Positions 1 to 12,779 of a DNA stretch of 64,000 nt are shown piece after piece. A model generated the notes under the pieces. That model was not told the origin of the DNA. It ran no database searches and saw only the letters and a program-made list of their open reading frames with translations. Within the stretch, counting starts at the first letter, position 1; every line of letters starts with the position of its first letter. The translations under genes and the position numbers were made by a program. The stretch is from Dicyema japonicum (Eukaryota; Animalia; Dicyemida), in NCBI GenBank assembly GCA_011109175.1, contig RDEW01000008.1, positions 629,954-693,953 of the forward strand, given 5' to 3'.

Positions 1-1564
1 GAGGTTCCTTTGAGTCTCACACTAAATTTATATTTAAACAAACCTCACTACATTTGGTTTATAAAAATGAGTTCTAACAGATAAAAGAATTTCAGAAGCA
101 CCAAATTCAACAACGGAAATTTGTTTCTCGTTATATATTATATATACATTTTCATTTTCAAAATTAAATTTTATGTTATTAAATGAAATATTCCAAGGTA
201 TCTTAATATTTTATAATATTACCTCAGTAGTAGTACCTGAAATTATATCATAAAATATAAGAGTATCTGAAGAAATGGCAACAATCACTTGGTTACTTCC
301 AATTACTTTTATTGACTCAATATCGGATCCACGAGAAGAATGAACACGAAAGGTTGAAGTGGTTTCAGGATCTTTGACTATGACTTGAGACCCACTAGAA
401 TAATTCATTTCATAACGATTTTGATAAAGTGTCTTTTTTAAACAGCAATCAAATATCTCAACAGAACCACATAAAGTGCCCTATAAACAAATAAAATAAT
501 ATTACAATAATAATTTTAGTTCCATCATTAGAATAAACCATACAAGTTATACTATACAAATTTTCGATATCTATTTTATTATTTTCTTCCCACATTTGTT
601 TATTATTTTTCCATGCATAAACTCTCAATCTATTTAATAATCACATATATACCTATTATATGAACCTATAACTATCACATTACCTTGGGGACTTGCTACA
701 CCAACATCAAAACTCTTTTCAGTAGAATCATGTCCATAATCGAAATATTGAAAAGATTTTCCTTCTTTATTATAACATAAAATTTTCATATCTCCTCCAG
801 CAGCCACAAATGAAGCAGATCCCCAAACCAAAGCATATGGAGGACATGTATGGGTCGCTATTTTCCCCTATGTATTAAAATTGTACGCAACCTGAGTTCC
901 ATTAAAAAATTTGTCCTGTGAGAAAAAATATCTGGCAATACTTCCATCCATATGACCTGTAAGGATACCCATTCCATTAGGTCTATGTAAAAATAAATAA
1001 TGTACGAGCTGCACATTGATATTACAGGAGAATCAGTATTAAACAGTGCTGTACACCGATTAGACTTTAGGTTAGCTTGACGAACATTCCCATTAAAAAG
1101 ACCAATAATGAGAACATCCTCTTTAATCCAATTGAGAGTAGTAACTGGAGATGATTGAACAAATTTATTTGTAATTGATTTTTTATCACCCCTTATTAAT
1201 TAAATTATATTCAACCAGATATGACCTATTTTGTAAATAAATACTATATTATCAGTCTGAGATACAGCTATACAAGTAGAATCTGGTGAAAATTCTATCC
1301 CTGTTATTAAATAATTTTTTCCATTCTAAAGTTACAAATCATTATTAAACTTTTGGGTCAAATGGTTTTGTAGGGAATTTGTCCTTTCTTTCTCCATTGC
1401 GACCAAAAAGATAAATATATCGATCTCCTGTAGCTGCAGCTATTTTCTCATCATTTTTAGATATAGCAATTGCACATATTCGTACTGAACTATTCTATTT
1501 AATACAAATATTTATTGACTTGTGGAGGTATACATGTCTGACTGTGCTTTAGTTTCATTGTCAT
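1..1564 (-). CDS. IFT172: Intraflagellar transport protein 172, N-terminal WD40 part; continues beyond the window start
   Basis: Spliced translation gives [15 protein letters not shown]|[48 protein letters not shown]...[23 protein letters not shown]...[14 protein letters not shown]...QVIVKD...FENEN. This matches the IFT172 N-terminus. Mini-introns include 1495-1519 (25 nt) and 202-222 (21 nt). Confidence 0.93.
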
Positions 1565-1743
1565 AGATTTTAATAATTTATTAAAATAATTATTAATTTT
1601 ATATTAAATAAAAATATTGGAATTTATTTATGTTTTCCATAAAGGAAAAATGTTTTTATTTGCCCAAAACTTTTTTTTAATTAAAATCCGTCCATTTATT
1701 CGTGATTCATGGTGGCACAAACATACAACAATGAGCTAAAAGT

Positions 1744-2066
1744 ATAATAATAACAGCCTTTTCACGAGAGCCATAATATTTATAGCTCCACATAGCCAGG
1801 ACACGCACTTTATTTAAGTAAAGAACCAGTTAATTTTAACTAATCGTAAAACCAATTATCTTCACTTCTTTTTTTTCTTTTTCTTGTGTGTGGGTCCTTT
1901 CTAGACTATCTAGCTCCGCTGTGAATATCCACTGATGACGGCGTCACTCCTCAAGCCTTTTTAGCATCGTAGATGCGTGGAACCTTCCACCCGGTGAACT
2001 GCAGCGAGAATCGAACCCGTAACCTAAGCCACTTTTGCCCGACACCTAACCAGTATGCCACCCAGC
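1744..2066 (-). mobile_element. tRNA-derived SINE, copy 1
   Basis: Homologous to 46990-47312 and 52391-52712. Has A-box and B-box-like motifs at the head and a (TTA)n tail. Confidence 0.85.
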
Positions 2067-2254
2067 TTTAATAAGTATATAGATATAAATTGTCAAAGTG
2101 TCAATTATCATTGCATTCTTCAGAACTATATTCAAATTACTCATCCAAGTCATATACTGCAATAAGGTCGAACTTAAAAGTGCCGAAACTAATTAAATTA
2201 CGATTTTCTCGTCGCACGATGACTCGAAACATTGAGTAGGCTGTCTCCCAGAAC

Positions 2255-2995
2255 ATGGAATCATCTATAATTTCTGATTTTCAAGAAGGTAAAAATTCAA
2301 TGATCTCTAATGAAGAAAGCATACAATCAACCGATACCCTTCGGAGATCAATCAAACTTCTGAAAGACCAAATGGGAGATCTTGAGAAAAAGATTTTTGG
2401 TTCTGAAAACAAATTTGATGATGAAACTTCTACAACATCCAAACTACCAGTCCATATAGAAAAATCTATGAATATTTCAACCGTAGATCTAACTTTTGAA
2501 GAAATAAAGACAGGAAAGAATTACGAATGTACAATTAAAAATGGCGAACCGAAGAGGTATCCACTATATGATGGTTTGGATACTGCGAAATACTGTGTAG
2601 TAGAGCAAAATTTTCCGATTTATTCCTTAGAACCTGAAAATGGCGGAGAAATACATATTTCCAGACTTGAATTAATTGAATATTTTTTAAAGAGTAAAAC
2701 TTTTCATATTAAGTATACGAAGAGTATGGAAGCAAAATTCCTATATGTGCGTACATACGACGATAATATTATTTATCAGACTGTGACATATTACAACATA
2801 AAATATGATATTGAAAAAGATATGAAGATTCCTGTGCCAAATATCAGAAAACGTGATAACTTTATCAAGAATTTTACAAGTAAATACTTTCCACTATATA
2901 TGGTAATGTTGACTATAGTGACATACTTTAGAAATTTTTTTTGCTTAATTTATTGGCTTGGTAATAATTCAAGTTCTAAGTTTGCTAAGAAATAA
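2255..2995 (+). CDS. Hypothetical protein (246-aa ORF, possible mini-intron near the 3' end)
   Basis: Long uninterrupted ATG ORF in AT-rich DNA, divergent from IFT172. No family recognised. Confidence 0.5.
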   Translation: MESSIISDFQEGKNSMISNEESIQSTDTLRRSIKLLKDQMGDLEKKIFGSENKFDDETSTTSKLPVHIEKSMNISTVDLTFEEIKTGKNYECTIKNGEPKRYPLYDGLDTAKYCVVEQNFPIYSLEPENGGEIHISRLELIEYFLKSKTFHIKYTKSMEAKFLYVRTYDDNIIYQTVTYYNIKYDIEKDMKIPVPNIRKRDNFIKNFTSKYFPLYMVMLTIVTYFRNFFCLIYWLGNNSSSKFAKK

Positions 2996-3589
2996 CAAAT
3001 TAGCATTACTTACGTTAATTTCAATTTTTTCAGTAAGTTATTATAAAGTAAACAATTAAGACTGTATGTAGATGTAGTTCAATACTTTTATAACTTTCAT
3101 AATTCTTTAAAAAAAACAAATTCCGCGCTAAAATTCAATCTAAACGTTAAAGCCAGAGTAAAGTAACCAGTTATCGCAGTGCCTCAAACAGGACTATTGA
3201 CTGCGAAGGTACACAGTGAACATTAAAATACGATAGCACGTTATGAGTGAGCGTGTCTTTCTGTTTGACGAGTTTCTATTTTTTCGAAAACAAATTTATT
3301 ATAGAAATGAACAAAAAATATTAAAAGTAGCTGCTGTCGAGTGAACGAATTCCATCTTACGATTTGTATGGAAATGTACTCAATCAACCACGACCCAATA
3401 GCGAGTTCGTATGTCAGATGAACCCTAGTCCTTCTCCCAGCCTACATACATTAATAGAGACCAACAAAAATAGGATAACTCCCTATAAGGCTTCTATAAG
3501 AAAACCATGTCCCCCGTTCAATCAACTTAGACCAATCCGACTAATAAACCAAATCCTATAATTTTATAAGCTAATGTTAAAGATAATTT

Positions 3590-5124
3590 CTAATTAACCC
3601 ACTGACGAATGATTTCGATTTCACGTCTCCTTGTGGCTGTGAGATTTGAGGAATCATTTGGAGATGACCTTCTCAAATCGACATGATGAGCTCCTCCTTC
3701 TATCAAAAGATTAAATATGTCATTATTTATGTCTCGCGGACATTACCTACATACCAGGGATCAAGCTCTCCGTTGCTGAATATAATTTTGCTCATGGAAT
3801 CAATATTTCTAAGGTTGTTCTCACGAGTAGCCTGATTCGGTCGAAAGTCAATTCCATATGTGCTCATGCATATTTCTTGATATTGGGAAACGTTAAATGT
3901 GTAAGGGATGAACATGTTCGTAGGACTTTCGTTCGAACACAGGTAGTTCCCTAATTCCGTGCATGACTAAACTATTTCACTAATTTACTTGGTAATCCAG
4001 ATATGATCCATTTCTGAGGATCCGTAGACATTATACAGATCATAGCAGTCTCCACTGTTTCCGGAGTAATTAAAGTAAAAATTAAAGTTTTCCTGATTCC
4101 TTCTACTAATTTATCATCAGTCATGTTTGGGGTCGAGAAGAATCGCGCAATAACCTAACAGTAAAAAACTAAGGGATCACTGAAACTGAATAGGTGGGAA
4201 GAGGAACGAAAAGATTTGACGGAGTTGGATAATTTGCCATCGCCGTGTTTATAAGGATTAACTCAAAGTAGCTCAATTTATCCAAAAAAATGTCGGTTTC
4301 ACATGTTTCAATTGAATTCCATAAACCTCATTTCATAAAACCAAAGACCACTTCATCTGATTCCATCAACTTCCCAAACTCGCTTAATATTTATCGGGGC
4401 AAATTCCTCTGCCCTTCTGAATGCAGATGACGTCTTTTCAAATAACATTCCACAATTATCATTTCCATCAAAATTAAATAATGGAGCAGATGATGCGATC
4501 GCTCTGAATTTTTGATCAAAAAATAACCCAGAGATCCATTCTGGGTACTGCATTCTCATCCAGGCGGCAAGCATTCCTCCGTACGAACCTCCAAAGGTCA
4601 CAATCTTGATGTCCCGTTAAAGAGGGAACTAATAAGATCAACAAAGTCTGCCATTGCTTGTTTCGTAGTTAAATAAATAAGCTGACTGACCTGAAGATTA
4701 CATTAAAATCGACTTGTGATATATTTCTATAGGGCTGTGATTCTCCGTAATACCTATGTTCCGCGAAAATAACAATAGCGTTGAACGCGGGGGCAATCTC
4801 CCAAACAAATCCCTATAATACTTTTGGGCATAAAAACCGTGTTTTCAGAAAAATCTTCGATTCTTCCTTCATTTCCAGGATAGAAAAATACCGGTCCACC
4901 AGGTTTGTAGTGTTTATCAGAATAAATGTATTTCAAATTAAATTTATAACTATTTGTGGAGTTAAAGTGGTCAAGCTAAAATGCTCTAAAAACCTTACTT
5001 TTGTCTTAAACCACCTTATTTCGTAATCTAAGGTATATCTATTTTTAATAGTAAAACTTGGGAACGTTTCATCATTTTGATGCGAACTTAAAACAACAAA
5101 GAATGCAAAAAGTAATAGATTCAT
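3590..5124 (-). CDS. PRCP: Serine peptidase S28, lysosomal Pro-X carboxypeptidase-like
   Basis: Signal peptide, LDHFN, FFYPGNEG, FAEHRYYGES, GGSYGGMLAAWMRMQYP, SNGELDPW, GAHHVDLR. Canonical 22-26 nt introns. At least two single-base deletions in short homopolymers (likely assembly errors). A DPP7-like paralog is not excluded. Confidence 0.88.
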
Positions 5125-5914
5125 TTATAGCAAAATTGATAACATTTTATTATGTTTTATGGTTAGCCACACTAAAATAAATTAAAACACGATTTTGTTA
5201 AATTAATATTTTTTTCATTTCATGCGCTTCCAGTTGTTGTTCCGAAAAACTTTTTTGCTTCGAACTTGGAAAGGTCTATGAATCAGTCTAGAAGAAAATC
5301 TTTGAAAGATTTATGTGGAAGAATCCGAAAGTTGTCGGAAGGTTGTTAACCCTCAATGATTGATGGTTGATCAAAAACCTTTTAGATTTAGCTAAGCAGT
5401 GACTTTCATAAAAGTTGAAGATAATTGGTTGATAAAACAAAAAAGAGATTAAAGATCAGAATGCAAATCAAAGAATGGTCCATCTATAAAAATGAGAAAC
5501 TTCTGATAAAAATTAAACATAGATCGATCAAAATAAGACATTTACACGTCAAATGAGACACATATTGATCAAAATGAGACATTTACATGTTGAAATGAGA
5601 CAGACTGGTCAAAATAAGGAATATGTCGATCAAAATGAGAGCAACACAATATCTCTGATACCTAACTTCAAATATAAAGGTTTTTCTGAAAGTTTTAAAC
5701 AAATTTTATGGTATTTTGGAGTGTTCACTATAAAAGTGAATGTACTGTATTTTTTCTTGTTATATTATTTGTGAGTCTGGACATCCATAATGTGCATTTG
5801 TTGTGTTGACTAAGGTTTAATTTTAATAGTCAACACCTGACCTAAATTGATGTTAGAATAAATTTTTCTAAAAATAAGAATAAACTATATATTCGTACTA
5901 TAAATACCCAGCCA

Positions 5915-6029
5915 GGATTCTCGACCCCGCCGGACTCGTCCTCACCTTTGTCGGTCTGGGATCACTTAGTTAGATGAGAACTTTTATTTCTTTCTCTTTG
6001 ACCCAGTGATCCTGGGGGTAATAATAATA
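5915..6029 (+). mobile_element. 5'-truncated LINE 3' end with (TAA)n tail
   Basis: 15-bp TSD ATAAATACCCAGCCA at 5900-5914 and 6030-6044. Ends GGG ATC ACT TAG, then the 3' stem arm and tail. Confidence 0.85.
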
Positions 6030-6149
6030 ATAAATACCCAGCCATGTACATTATCGAGATAATAATACTGCACTTTACGAAGAGGCATATTAGTTGTAGC
6101 TCCTTAGGTAACAACAACGTTGAATTTTTGATCACGATTCTGGGCGTTT

Positions 6150-6350
6150 AAAGAAATGATTTCCAAATATTCAGTAAAGTGGTTAATGAGAATTTCCAAC
6201 ACCGGGAAGGTCATTTTGCTGAAAAAGAAGGAAGATCACTTTCGAAGCACTGGGTTGAAACTTTGTCTTTTAATAGGTGACATATCCACCTTGTAAGCAA
6301 GCTGCCTTTTGTCTTATCGCGTTTCGAAGTCATAGACGAAGGAATTAGTC
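6150..6350 (+). mobile_element. Possible degenerate hAT (ZMYM1/TTF zinc-finger-like) fragment
   Basis: Broken-frame peptides GRSLSKHW and KQAAFCL resemble the TTF-type zinc finger. Confidence 0.25.
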
Positions 6351-6506
6351 AACATCAAATTTTGGCTGGTAAATTCAACATCATATTTTTGGTATTTTTG
6401 AAAAAATTGTTGTTTTCTTTTCATCTTCAAACTCACGTTAAGAAGTACATAAGATGGAGAGAGTTCGAAAGACAAAGACTTATCAGAAGTCGATGAAATA
6501 AGAATA

Positions 6507-7050
6507 TGTCACATGGGCGGCGCGTAACGCATGGGCAGCCTGTTACATTTTTTCGACCTTGAAAAGGTCTTTTGATTATCCGACATTTAATTTTGTATAT
6601 CCGATTTATATCGTGATTTAATCTTGTTGAATTAGTTTTTTATTCATAAATGTTATGATTATAAAGATTTTATTTTTTATAGCGGTAAACCTAGATTTCT
6701 AGCGTGATTTATTGCATGGAAGATTATTTTGTTGCAATGGCTTCTTACAAAGGTTTTGTGAAAGATTGCGTTGAATATCAAACTTTAAAAGATGCTTTGA
6801 ATGATAAATTTCCCGAAAATCTTCCGAGGCACAGAAAATATAGGCTTGTAAAGAAGATAGAAAATTTTTCCATTATCAATGACAGGTATTGTAAATTTTC
6901 AATAATTTTAGACTGTATCTTAAATTAACTGATTCCAAGTTAGTCATATCCCTGGATAATAAAACCGAAATGTAGCATGTTGCAAAATCGTTGCACGAGT
7001 TTTCACACGGAGGAGTCAATAATCCAATTTTACCTTATCACACTCTTCAT
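6507..7050 (+). mobile_element. Ginger-like DDE transposon 5' fragment
   Basis: Begins TGTCAC like the element at 20124. ORF 6704-6928 is followed by an SHGG-type integrase zinc-binding remnant. Confidence 0.4.
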
Positions 7051-7249
7051 TTAGACGGTTAATCACATATGTAAGTTCTCTCGATTGTCTTTCAGATGCC
7101 CCCGGAATAGATTCCTAGCAAGACCTTTTTAGCTTCTCTTCCAGGTATTCTTTATCCACAATTGGCTTTTTCTGTGTCGCATTCATAACATCGTATTTTA
7201 GAAATCGATTTTTGATTATTGCGTCCTGCTTATTTTCACTAGACTTTGT

Positions 7250-8270
7250 ATCTAGGTAATGTGGCGGAGGAAGATTTTCTCCTCCATCTTCCTAACCCCT
7301 GACATTCGTTCCACTTCCTGTGGAGGCCACGGCTTCCCTGGCAACCGGACAACCACCATAACTCGTTCTGTGATCACCAGACCCGCAGTTGATACAGGAT
7401 CTTCTATTGTTCGGTTCTGGGCACTCCGGGGAACTATGTGGTCCTCCACTGAAGAAACATCTCTTTGCCCCATTGCAATGTCTTGCAATGTGTCCGAAAT
7501 ATTGACAATTAAAGCATCTTGTAGGTGGTCTTCTGGCCCACTCACAATCGATTTCCATCCATCCAATGACAAGGCCCAGGTGTATCAAGGACGTAGCTTC
7601 TCCCCTTGACTTTAAGCTCATCTTCACAACAGGGAGTTTTCTTCCATTCCTTACAATACGTTTCACCGACTCAGTGGTTGGAGCAATTTCTTTGTAAGCC
7701 ATAAGTTCGTCTTCCTCAATCCATATTGGCACATTCTTTAAAACAATTTCCGAAAGCCTCTCGAGTTCGATTACCTTGTGGTTTCCCTTCCCGAAAGGAG
7801 AAAATAGATTAGTCTCTTCAACGAATGAGATTTTATCTGACTCTTCTTTGAACTACAATCGGAAAATCCCAGTCACTCTGGCGGTTTTCAGTGATTTCAA
7901 TCCACATAACAGGTTTGCAAGTTTAATACTCCCCATGCTCTTGTCTATAGCCGAGAGTTTAACTGTCAACCAATGATCTGTCGAATCCACTCTGGACGCT
8001 GTTTTGGGTTTGTCTTTAACAGTTAACGGTTCCAGAAACAATCCTTAATGCTTTCAATACAACTCTTCTTTAAAACCTTTCCAGAGGTGGCTTTTCTGAT
8101 TTTAGTAATCCTCTTTGTAGGAGCTTTTTTAACGACAAGCATAACCACACAACAACCACGTAATTTATTCCCCTCTCATTATTCTCGAATTTTATACCTA
8201 CCCTCAATTCCCGGACACTTACACTCATAAAACGAAGGAACCAATTTCCAAAGAAACGCCATCGATCCAC
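7250..8270 (-). mobile_element. LINE ORF1 (gag-like, three CCHC knuckles)
   Basis: CFNCQYFGHIARHC, CFFSGGPHSSPEC and CINCGSGDHRTSYGGC in ORF 7292-7732. Typical Jockey/I/R1-type ORF1. Confidence 0.82.
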
Positions 8271-8528
8271 CTAACTCAAGAGAAGCCTTGTGTTTTGTTG
8301 CAATTATAGTAATTTTTTATTATAAAAGTAATTTTTCCACATTTTTTATTTAACCTTTTCAGATTTTCATTTTGGGGGAAACCGCAAAATTGGAGAATTT
8401 TTGCCCCATTTCGGTGTCTGATGTATTTTGTTTTTTTCGTAGTGAATTAACAAATCTGTATATATTAAAAACATTTTTATGAGTTTTATGTTTTACAAGA
8501 TTAAGAAGCATTGTGAAAGTCCGTACCA

Positions 8529-9640
8529 CAGGGGTGGCTAACCAGTCGATCTCGATCGATTGGTTTTTAACTAAACGATGCGATTAACATCGTTCCTGTG
8601 TTTATTTTCTCGCTTAATTTTCCATGATTTAACTGTCAGGGAAGAATTATTTTATTTAACGAAATATCTACAATTCTTTCAAAAAGTTTGTGTTATTGTC
8701 CGATTTATTTCCGTTAAAAACGAAAGTAATCAATTAATTAACACAAAAATTCAACAAACGTGGCCCCAGCCGACAATACCGACGTTGCCTCTCACGATTG
8801 CAACTGAGATCATATGGAAAAGCCACTGGGAATTACGTGCATCGTGATTTTTTTGTGTAGCTAGGCGTCCAAGCTTCTTTAGGAAACGAAACGATTTTCC
8901 ACTTATTCCTCCAGTTGTCTAAAAATAGTGGGGTAGAACGCGAATCGGTCGCGTAGCGTTTCGTATTTTTTCTCCTTTGCCTCATCGTTTTCCGCGGCAA
9001 ATTACCACAAAAGTGAATGAACTAAATTTGGAATTACAAGAAAACAATAAATATATTCTCGATATGATCGGATCAATAAATTCTTTCAAATTGAAGTTAA
9101 AATTGTGGATATCTCAAATCCAAAAGGAAAATTTTACAAAACTAGTTAATAAAAATCATGATGGCAAAGAATTTACTGTGGTACTACAAATAAAATAAAC
9201 GAGTTTTATCACAGATTTGTTAAAATTAATATAAATTAAAAAATTAATATATAATTAAAAATCACAGATTTGTCAACTTCAGGAAAATTACTCTTTTATG
9301 CACTTTCTTTGCTTTCTTCGTTTATGAACATTGACAATGTTTCAGAAGAATTTAGAAAGATTTTTGACGTTGATCCAAGAAAGATTCAAATAGAAATTAT
9401 ATGTCTAAAATGACATCATTTTAAAAGTACATTCAAATGTCAACATGTGGAAATTTAAGTTTCCAGAAAAATATCCCATTTTGATTGATGCGCATCAACG
9501 AATTCTTTTGTGCTTCGGAATCACGTATTTATCCGAAACATCATTTTCGAGAATGAAGATGATAAAATCTCAATATAGGACCCGTGTAACAAATAACCAC
9601 CTTGGGGACTGCATGCGAATAGCGGAATAATAACAAACCA
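8529..9640 (+). mobile_element. Degenerate hAT transposon (GTF2IRD2/EPM2AIP1-like transposase)
   Basis: Left TIR-like CAGGGGTGGCTAACC. Peptides FKLKLKLWISQI and FGITYLSETSFSRMKMIKSQYRTRVTNNHL (hAT C-terminal dimerisation region). Confidence 0.75.
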
Positions 9641-11014
9641 CTCAAATACGATGATGAGACGGTCATTCGTAGGTAGTTCTCCCCAACCTTGAGTCCTGGT
9701 GATTTGAGTCACTGTAGGTTATCACAGAGAGTCCAAGTTCTTCACCAATAAAAAACACAGACTTCCTTGGAGGACTAAGTAATGTTTCCATTAATTGAAT
9801 CCACGCTAGACAGAACTCAAACTTTATTTAAAGAATTAAGAACTGTAGCGTTAATTAATCAAAGGCATATGTCATTAAAAGTGTTTTTGACTTATCAAAA
9901 ATCGAAGCTTTTTGACCAACATTGCTCAATTATGAAAGAATAACTTGGTAATCTAATATATATTAAGATTAATTCTCAATGTGAGGGTGAGGTACCTTGG
10001 ACAACTGTGGCAATAGTTGTTCTCCAGTAAATACTGATGCTCGAACCTCGATGTGACCGAGATCGCAACCAGCATCCTTATTAAAGTCTGCATCAGTCGT
10101 ATCCTTACATTTTTTCGTCCTCTTCAAAAGACTCTAGAAGTTCTTCCAGAACCCCCTCCTCTTCCTGAGGGACCGATGAAAATGGACCATTCTCTCCCCC
10201 TACTCAGTTACATAGTTGCATGGGGTGGTTCCCCTTCTTTCTTAGTTTGCAGATTGTGCTCTACGAGGACTTAGAACACAACGTCGGTCCATGTACCTCC
10301 CTGCTCATCTTACATCTGAACATGAACGGAATCAGAAGCAAATTTCTAGGAATGCAGGATGAAAAAGTAGACAGTTAACCAAGTCAGTCCAAGTCTTTCT
10401 GACTATGTGGTACTCCGGAATGACTAGGACAGGAGTTCTGGTGCGGGTCTTCCAACGATTGTTAGAATCGGATTCACTGATGTTTGTCACCTTTCTGTGG
10501 GAGGGTGTCCGAACATTAGGGCATATCTCTGTTGAGTTCTAGCTCTCACATGCAGTACGGCCTACCCTCATGAATGTCCACAATATACCAAGTAGGTCGT
10601 GTCCTCCGTCATACAATCCCAACAAATTGAGGCTAAAAGACTCCTCAGCACATATGGTTTACCAAGTGACCATAACCTCATTTTATACGACTCAAAGTTG
10701 TGATACCATAAAACAATGAAATTATAATTTTTGTGAAAGGGAACTTTGCGGGCTTAACTAAGTATGTGGATTCTCAAATTTTTGGATGCAGATGACGAAT
10801 ATAAGCCCAGACTATGTTCACACACTTACTCTCATAAGGAAAAGGAATATTCTCAAATAGTTAAGTACGCATAATGCAGAGACTATTGACTGTATAAAAA
10901 AACTTAACATCTAAATTTCTTATCAATGTATTGATGAGTTACAAAAACCATCCAAAGTCATTAAGGATCAATATCACCATTACTAATTCCCAGTATTACT
11001 TTTTCACTCTAGAA

Positions 11015-12096
11015 CAGTGGTTCTCAAACTTTTTTAAAAAAGACGTCCTCTTTTATTTTTTAATTTCTTGCGGTCCTTCATTAAATTAGTGAATTAACAT
11101 TTTAACAAAAACAAAAATTAGTGCAAAATTAAAGAATGATAATTAATGAGATGGTTGCACTTGATCGGCCATCACCAGTTTTTCTAAGTCGGGTTGTGTT
11201 TGTACAATGCAACCCTCATGTCATTTGACACATCCAATCTATTGCTAAATTTTGATTTGATGGTAAGTAGTGCTGAAAACGCTGTCTCACACTCATATGT
11301 AGTTGCAAATGGAATAAGCACTTGCCATCTTTGCCAATTCTGAATAGGAATCAGTTATTTGAATCCAAAAATCGCTTTGGGAACTTAGCATATCCATCAT
11401 TAAACAAATCGATAAATTGTTCCTGAATTATATGGTTTTCAGAAGGGGGATCCTTAACTGAAATTGAAAATGGGTTCCTGAGAAAACGATAGTACTTATC
11501 AAATTCAGAAATATCAGGAAAATATCTAAAAATTTACAAATATCGAAAAAATACCTAGAAATTAATAATATATGTTGTTTCATCACATCAATGGTGTAGT
11601 TATGCAAAGTTCATTTTCATCAATTCATGGCAATGGAGGACTGTGGTATCTCTTCCTTGCAGTTGTGAATTAACAAAATTCACAGATTCAAATATATCCA
11701 CCAAAAATGTCAATAAAGTCAATAAACAAGTATCAGAAAAATCTTCATGCAGTTTTGGTTTGACGTCTTTTGAAGAAATCAACATCCTTTTGTGTTAAAC
11801 TAGAATGTTTGGATTCCATAAGCCTCTTTAACTTGCTCGGCTTAAGTGAAGTAGACGCCAAAACCTCAGAACACACTGTGGTTTTAATTTATTTTCAGAG
11901 GTTATCAGATTGGATCAATATTAAATATATGTATTTTTATTCATTGAATTATTTCAACAGGACATTCCTACAAGGATAAAATTGAGCACGTTCTTTCTTA
12001 AATTTAATTCAAAATAATTTTAAAAAATATAATATAAAAGTAGACTAAAATAAATTACTAAAGATTGCTCCGCGGACCCCAATTTGAGAAACACTG
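11015..12096 (-). mobile_element. Internally deleted Buster/Charlie-type hAT element
   Basis: TIRs CAGTGGTTCTCAAAC and CAGTGTTTCTCAAAT. Perfect 8-bp TSD CTCTAGAA at 11007-11014 and 12097-12104. Transposase remnant LTFLVDIFESVNFVNSQLQG. Confidence 0.92.
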
Positions 12097-12779
12097 CTCT
12101 AGAACAAGTACCGAAGACAATTTGTTCCTTACGGAATTCGGGTACCTGTGACCCCGATGGAGTGTATGCACGTCACATGAAGTACTTGGGACCCAAAGCT
12201 GTAGAAGGCTCCTAGAGTTACCATTTTGGTAACGAATAGAAAATTTATTGATAACGAATTTAACCGAAAAAGTAAAATTATCCACCAGTTAACTAATTCT
12301 CATGATTAGACGATGCACTCTCCACACACGCCCTGTACTATCCTAATCTTGTATTTGTGGCACTAACGGTTTCGGAAAATATTGAAATTGCTTTTCTCAT
12401 TAAGGGAATTTGTTGGCAATAAGTCTTTGGGGTATTCCTCATTCCTTGTATTAGTGCGCGAAGATAATGTTGCATAATACATTATATAGTTATATTTCTC
12501 ATTACAAATATCTCGGTTTTCATTTCGGATACCAGTAACTTCATTTTTTAGATGTAAATTTCCACGTGTCCAAAAAATCTCCAACGAAAGCTCGAGACTT
12601 AATGATGTACAGTCACACTTATTGTACGGTCCTTTCCGCGAGATATTTCTTCACTCCCTACGTTTAAAAGATTTTAAATTAGGTTATTTATTATATTTTT
12701 CGTGTTATCACGTGTTGTGGTGTTTATACATTCTCTGAAACTTATCCCAATATAAGAGCTGTTGATGGGGAAAGGCAAC

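Noticed and set aside
1932-1938. Hammerhead core CTGATGA (also at 52578 and on the minus strand near 15062)
   Set aside because: No properly paired stem II followed by GAAA and stem III. The SINE hits are antisense to the SINE transcript.
4172-4182. GGGATCAC motif like the LINE 3' stem arm
   Set aside because: It is the reverse complement of a PRCP intron donor (GTGATCCC...). There is no partner arm or tail.
9650-10690. dUTPase-like DAGCDL or gypsy pol remnant
   Set aside because: Only isolated short motifs in stop-riddled frames. Possibly an old LTR element, but not supportable.
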